Made by a program: the position numbers and the translations under genes | Shown: piece by piece, positions 26,678 to 32,000 of the stretch | Layout: every line of letters begins with the position of its first letter | Numbering within the stretch: position 1 is the stretch's first letter | Notes under the pieces: generated by a model | The model's input: the letters and a program-made list of their open reading frames with translations, nothing else | Told to the model about the DNA's origin: nothing | Databases searched by the model: none | From: Longivirga aurantiaca | GTDB taxonomy: Bacteria; Actinomycetota; Actinomycetes; S36-B12; CAIYMF01 | NCBI RefSeq assembly: GCF_042660085.1 | Contig: NZ_JBHSTI010000008.1 | Location: 420,001-452,000, forward strand | DNA length: 32,000 bases | Direction of reading: 5' to 3'

Positions 26678-27685
26678 TCAGCGGGAGGAGATCGGTCCGG
26701 GGGAGCGGTAGACGTACGTGTGGTGCAGCACGAGGCCGAGCCGCGCGTAGAGGGCGATCGCGGGCTCGTTGGCGGCCATCACCTGCAGGTACGTCGACGG
26801 CGCTCCTACGGCTGCCGCCCAGCGCCCGAGCTCGCCCATGACCGCGGTGCCCAGCCCGCGTCGGCGCGCGTGCTCGGCGACCGCCACGCTCGTGACGCCG
26901 GCCCAGCGCCCAGCGGGGGACGACGCCGTGCTCGCCCGGCCGGCGGCGAGGAGGCCGCCGTCGGTGCCGCGCAGCGCCACGAACACGCGCTCGGCGGGCG
27001 CGGCGAGGATCCGTGCCAGCCCCTCCGGGTCGAGGGAGGGCTCGACGAGGGCCAGCAGCTCCGGCGACGGGTCCGCCGAGAGCTCGGCCCCGACCCCGTC
27101 GGGCACCGGCCCGCAGGCAGCCACGAGGTCGGCGGTCGGCACCGTGCGCAGCGTCGTACGGCGGGCCGGCGTCCAGCCGAGGCGCTCGAGGTCGTCGTCC
27201 CAGAGGCTGGGCTCGGGCAGCTGCAGGATCGCCGGCAGGCTGCGCTCGGCGTACCAGGCCGACACGTGCGCCAGAGCGTCCTCGAGCGGTACCCCGGGGT
27301 CTCCGACCACCCGGACGGAGTTGGCGCGGCCGGTGAGGCCGCCCGAGGCGCGCAGCTCCCACTCTCCGAGGGAGGCCGTCTCGAACGGCGGCCAGCCCGC
27401 CTGCGCCACCCGCTGCATCGCGGTGGCCGACAGCTCGGGGGTCACGACCTTGGCCGCCACCACGTCCCGCGCGGCCACGGCGACGACCTCGCCCGTACGC
27501 CGCTCCACGCGCAGCACGCCGTCGGCCCAGGAGCGCAGGACGCCGACCACGTCGGTCAGCTGCGAGCCGTCGATGCGGTGCCGGACGGTGACGCGTCGGC
27601 CGACGTCGGAGGGGCTGATCCGGACGGCGAGGAGGGCCGCCGGGCGCCCGCCGGCCGTCCGGACCTGCTCGTCGCGGGACGACAT
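26678..27685 (-). CDS. GNAT family N-acetyltransferase with N-terminal SH3-like domain (Rv0428c-like)
   Basis: C-terminal GNAT motif VTSVAVAEHARRRGLGTAVMGELGRWAAAVGAPSTYLQVMAANEPAIALYARLGLVLHHTYVYR; N-terminal small beta region VGRRVTVRHRIDGSQLTDVVGVLRSWADGVLRVERR. The long ORF extending to 29365 is an upstream antisense artefact. Confidence 0.85.
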   Translation of the reverse strand: MSSRDEQVRTAGGRPAALLAVRISPSDVGRRVTVRHRIDGSQLTDVVGVLRSWADGVLRVERRTGEVVAVAARDVVAAKVVTPELSATAMQRVAQAGWPPFETASLGEWELRASGGLTGRANSVRVVGDPGVPLEDALAHVSAWYAERSLPAILQLPEPSLWDDDLERLGWTPARRTTLRTVPTADLVAACGPVPDGVGAELSADPSPELLALVEPSLDPEGLARILAAPAERVFVALRGTDGGLLAAGRASTASSPAGRWAGVTSVAVAEHARRRGLGTAVMGELGRWAAAVGAPSTYLQVMAANEPAIALYARLGLVLHHTYVYRSPGPISSR

Positions 27686-27802
27686 GCTGCGACCCCTTCG
27701 TAGACATGGTTCGGTGGGTCGGGATACTAGGCGGCAGGCCCCGCCGCTACCGTGGCCAGCACCGTTCGTCGTCAGCACGTGGATCGGAAGGATCCGGAAC
27801 AC

Positions 27803-28132
27803 ATGACCTACGTCATCGCGCAGCCCTGCGTCGACCTCAAGGACAAGGCGTGCGTCGAGGAGTGCCCCGTCGACTGCATCTACGAGGGCGACCGGATGCT
27901 CTACATCCACCCCGACGAGTGCGTCGACTGCGGCGCCTGTGAGCCCGTCTGCCCCGTGGAGGCGATCTTCTACGAGGACGACGTCCCGGCGCAGTGGAAG
28001 GACTACACCGCGGCCAACGCGGAGTTCTTCGACGACCTCGGCTCGCCCGGCGGCGCCGCCAAGCACGGCCTGATCGCCAAGGACGCCGCGATCGTCTCGG
28101 CGCTCGAGCCGCAGGAGCACGAGGGCCACTGA
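27803..28132 (+). CDS. fdxA: 7Fe ferredoxin (4Fe-4S/3Fe-4S)
   Basis: MTYVIAQPCVDLKDKACVEECPVDCIYEGDRMLYIHPDECVDCGACEPVCPVEAIFYEDD. Confidence 0.95.
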   Translation: MTYVIAQPCVDLKDKACVEECPVDCIYEGDRMLYIHPDECVDCGACEPVCPVEAIFYEDDVPAQWKDYTAANAEFFDDLGSPGGAAKHGLIAKDAAIVSALEPQEHEGH

Positions 28133-28222
28133 GCCCCGTTCCACCCCCTCGCACGTCCGACGCGCCGTCGCCCCCGCGGGTGACGGCGCGTCGTGCGTCC
28201 CCCGTCGTACGTGAGGATCCGC

Positions 28223-29317
28223 ATGACCCGCCTGGCCGACCGGCTGCCCGACTTCCCGTGGGACAGGCTCGCGCCGTACGGCGAGGTCGCGCGCTCGCAC
28301 CCCGGCGGCATCGTCAACCTGTCGGTGGGCACGCCGGTCGACCCGGTGCCGGCCGTCGTGCAGGAGGCCCTCGCCGCGGCCACCGACTGGCCCGGCTACC
28401 CCACCAACTGGGGCACCCCGGCGCTGCGCGACGCGATCTGCCGCTGGGCGGGCCGGACGCTGCACGCCGACCTCGACCACGCCAACGTGCTGCCGACCGT
28501 CGGCTCCAAGGAGCTCGTGTCGCTGCTGCCGCTGCTGCTCGGGTTGGGGGCCGACGACACCGTCGTGATCCCGGAGATCGCGTACCCGACGTACGACATC
28601 GGCGCCCGCATCTCGGGGAGCCGGATCGTGGTGTCGGACTCGACCCTCGCGCTCGGGCCGGAGCGCGTGTCGCTGGTGTGGCTCAACACGCCCAGCAACC
28701 CGACCGGCCGGGTGCTCGGCGTCGAGCATCTTGCGAAGGTCGTGGAGTGGGCGCGCTCGCGGGGCGCGGTCGTGGCGAGCGACGAGTGCTACTTCGAGCT
28801 CGGGTGGGACGCCGAGCCCGTGTCGATCCTCGACCCGCGTGTCAACGGCGGTTCGCTCGAGGGCGTGCTCGCCGTGCATTCGCTGTCGAAGCGGTCGAAC
28901 CTCGCCGGCTACCGCGAGGGCTTCGTGCTCGGCGACCCGGCGATCGTGGGCTCGCTGCTCGAGGCTCGCAAGCACATGGGCCTCATGGTGCCGGGGCCGG
29001 TGCAGGACGCCTCGATCGCGGCGCTGGACGACGACGTCCACGTGGCCGAGCAGCGGGCCCGGTACGGCGCCCGGCGCCTGCGGCTTCGGCGCGCGCTGGA
29101 GTCGGCGGGGTTCACGATCGAGCACTCCGAGGCCGGCCTCTACCTCTGGTCGACGCGCGGCGAGAACTGCTGGGACACCGTCCGCTGGCTGTCCGAGCGG
29201 GGCATCCTGGTCGCGCCCGGCGAGTTCTACGGCGCCGCGGGGCACCTGTTCGTGCGCATCGCGCTCACCGAGACCGACGAGCGCATCGACGCCGCCGTCG
29301 AGCGGCTCGCGATCTAG
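28223..29317 (+). CDS. dapC: Succinyldiaminopimelate transaminase
   Basis: Fold-type I PLP aminotransferase with LNTPSNPTGRVLG and SLSKRSNLAGYREGFVLG, located directly after fdxA as in many actinobacteria. Confidence 0.92.
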   Translation: MTRLADRLPDFPWDRLAPYGEVARSHPGGIVNLSVGTPVDPVPAVVQEALAAATDWPGYPTNWGTPALRDAICRWAGRTLHADLDHANVLPTVGSKELVSLLPLLLGLGADDTVVIPEIAYPTYDIGARISGSRIVVSDSTLALGPERVSLVWLNTPSNPTGRVLGVEHLAKVVEWARSRGAVVASDECYFELGWDAEPVSILDPRVNGGSLEGVLAVHSLSKRSNLAGYREGFVLGDPAIVGSLLEARKHMGLMVPGPVQDASIAALDDDVHVAEQRARYGARRLRLRRALESAGFTIEHSEAGLYLWSTRGENCWDTVRWLSERGILVAPGEFYGAAGHLFVRIALTETDERIDAAVERLAI

Positions 29318-29456
29318 CCGAGCCGGGTCGCCCGTCCGCCGTACGAGGCGTGTGCGCAGGGTCACGGAGACTCACGGGAGGGGGCTCCGTAGAGTGCGGG
29401 CAACGGACGCGCTCACGAGGCGCACCCGCTGACTCTCCCGACGTGCAGGAGGACCG

Positions 29457-30740
<1,284 letters not shown>

Positions 30741-30760
30741 CCTTCACGTGTGTGCCCTGA

Positions 30761-30949
30761 GGGTCGATCACGGCAGTTCAACCGCACTTCTTGACCCGAA
30801 CTCGGTCGCGTTCGCGCGCCCTGCCGTGATGAGGGGGTACGCCGTACCCGTGTCGGGGCCGGCGTGACCGGGGGCAGCCTCACTGTCCCCCGGGCTCCAA
30901 GATCACGAGGAGGGGTCGTCGGGCGTGGTTCAACTGCCCTGATCGACCC
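30761..30949. repeat. 23-bp inverted repeat (21/23 match) bounding a 189-bp segment in the gltA-dapD intergenic region
   Basis: Left arm GGGTCGATCACGGCAGTTCAACC (30761-30783). The right arm GGTTCAACTGCCCTGATCGACCC (30927-30949) has reverse complement GGGTCGATCAGGGCAGTTGAACC. Confidence 0.85.
30869..30894. terminator. Hairpin between convergent gltA and dapD
   Basis: CCGGGGG-CAG-CCTCA-CTG-T-CCCCCGG: 10 base pairs with a single-nt bulge and 5-nt loop. Confidence 0.7.
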
Positions 30950-30964
30950 AAGGGGCAGAAATGG

Positions 30965-31894
30965 TCAGTCGTTGGCGTGCAGGTGCTCGTTGAGGGAGCC
31001 CCAGGCGCCGGAGCGCTGCCGGGCCTCGAGCGCGCCGGTCACGCTGTTGCGCCAGAACTGCAGCCCGTGCGCGCCGGAGAGGTCCTTGCCCTTGGCCACC
31101 GTGCCGTCGGGCAGCGTGATCTTCGACCCGCCCGTGACGTAGCAGCCGGCCTCGACCACGCAGTCGTCGCCGAGCGAGATGCCGACTCCGGCGTTCGCGC
31201 CGACGAGGCAGCGCTCGCCGATCGTGACCACCTCCGTGCCGCCGCCGGACAGGGTGCCCATGATCGACGCGCCGCCGCCGACGTCCGACCCGTCGCCGAC
31301 GACGACGCCCGCCGAGATGCGGCCCTCGACCATCGACGCGCCGAGCGTGCCGGCGTTGAAGTTCACGAACCCCTCGTGCATCACGGTGGTGCCGCTCGCG
31401 AGGTGCGCGCCGAGGCGCACGCGGTCGGCGTCGGCGATGCGGACGCCGGACGGCACGACGTAGTCGACCATCCGCGGGAACTTGTCGACGCCGAACACCG
31501 TGAGGTAGCCGCCGCCGCGGCGTACGGACACCTGCACCTGGTTCAGGCGGTCGATCGCCACCGGGCCGAGCGAGGTCCACGCGACGTTGGTGAGCAGCCC
31601 GAAGACGCCGTCGAGCGAGATCGTGCGCGGCTGCACCAGGCGGTGCGAGAGCAGGTGCAGGCGCAGCCATGCATCGGCCGCGTCGACCGGTGCGACCGAC
31701 AGGTCGGCGATCGTGGTCGTCAGCGTGACCGTGCGGGTGCCGCGGACGTCGTCCACGCGCGTCACGTCGCCGAGCCCGGCCACGTCCGTCGGCGTCGCCG
31801 ACAGCGCCGGGGCCGGGTACCAGACGTCGAGCAGCGTGTCGCCGGCGTAGGTCGCGAGGCCGACGGCGGAGGCGGGGGAGGAGAGCAGCGTCAT
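30965..31894 (-). CDS. dapD: 2,3,4,5-tetrahydropyridine-2,6-dicarboxylate N-succinyltransferase (actinobacterial type)
   Basis: Left-handed beta-helix pattern [41 protein letters not shown]...[37 protein letters not shown] 31894 ([12 protein letters not shown]) is the likely start. Confidence 0.93.
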   Translation of the reverse strand: MTLLSSPASAVGLATYAGDTLLDVWYPAPALSATPTDVAGLGDVTRVDDVRGTRTVTLTTTIADLSVAPVDAADAWLRLHLLSHRLVQPRTISLDGVFGLLTNVAWTSLGPVAIDRLNQVQVSVRRGGGYLTVFGVDKFPRMVDYVVPSGVRIADADRVRLGAHLASGTTVMHEGFVNFNAGTLGASMVEGRISAGVVVGDGSDVGGGASIMGTLSGGGTEVVTIGERCLVGANAGVGISLGDDCVVEAGCYVTGGSKITLPDGTVAKGKDLSGAHGLQFWRNSVTGALEARQRSGAWGSLNEHLHAND

Positions 31895-32000
31895 GCGGGC
31901 CAACCTACCGAGCGGGCACGCGACCACGCGGCCACGCGGCCAGGCGTCGCCAGGCGTCGGCGTTCCGCGAGGAGCTGTGGACTGCACTGCGTCCGTGACG

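Noticed and set aside
27686-29365. N-terminal extension of the GNAT ORF (895 aa in total) running opposite fdxA and dapC
   Set aside because: Only the part from 27685 downward has domain content. The extension is antisense to two strongly supported genes.

Overview
High-GC actinobacterial chromosomal window, Cellulomonas-like in character (taxonomy is inference). Backbone on the + strand: the 3' part of typA/bipA, an oligopeptide ABC transporter in the unusual order permease-C / binding protein / permease-B / ATPase / ATPase, mshB, a DUF6113-like membrane gene, fdxA, dapC and gltA. On the - strand: an S9 prolyl-oligopeptidase-like gene, a SAM methyltransferase, a SirB1-like gene, an Rv0428c-like GNAT gene and dapD. 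The most interesting part is about 11.9-19.9 kb. It is a tightly packed + strand cluster that starts with a divergent FtsH-like AAA protease (two extra segments in the AAA core, very short external loop). This is followed by a small membrane protein, CheW, a six-TM chemoreceptor with no obvious periplasmic sensor domain, a hybrid CheA (Hpt-kinase-CheW-REC) and a REC-GAF protein. No CheR, CheB, stand-alone CheY or flagellar gene lies in the window. Other items worth a second look: a secreted seven-repeat Delta-60 protein with a predicted propeller fold, a 23-bp inverted repeat bounding about 189 bp between gltA and dapD, a 17-bp-arm inverted repeat at 26.6 kb, hairpins on both sides of the substrate-binding-protein gene, and candidate leaderless promoters. 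I found no rRNA, tRNA, CRISPR array or intact transposase.
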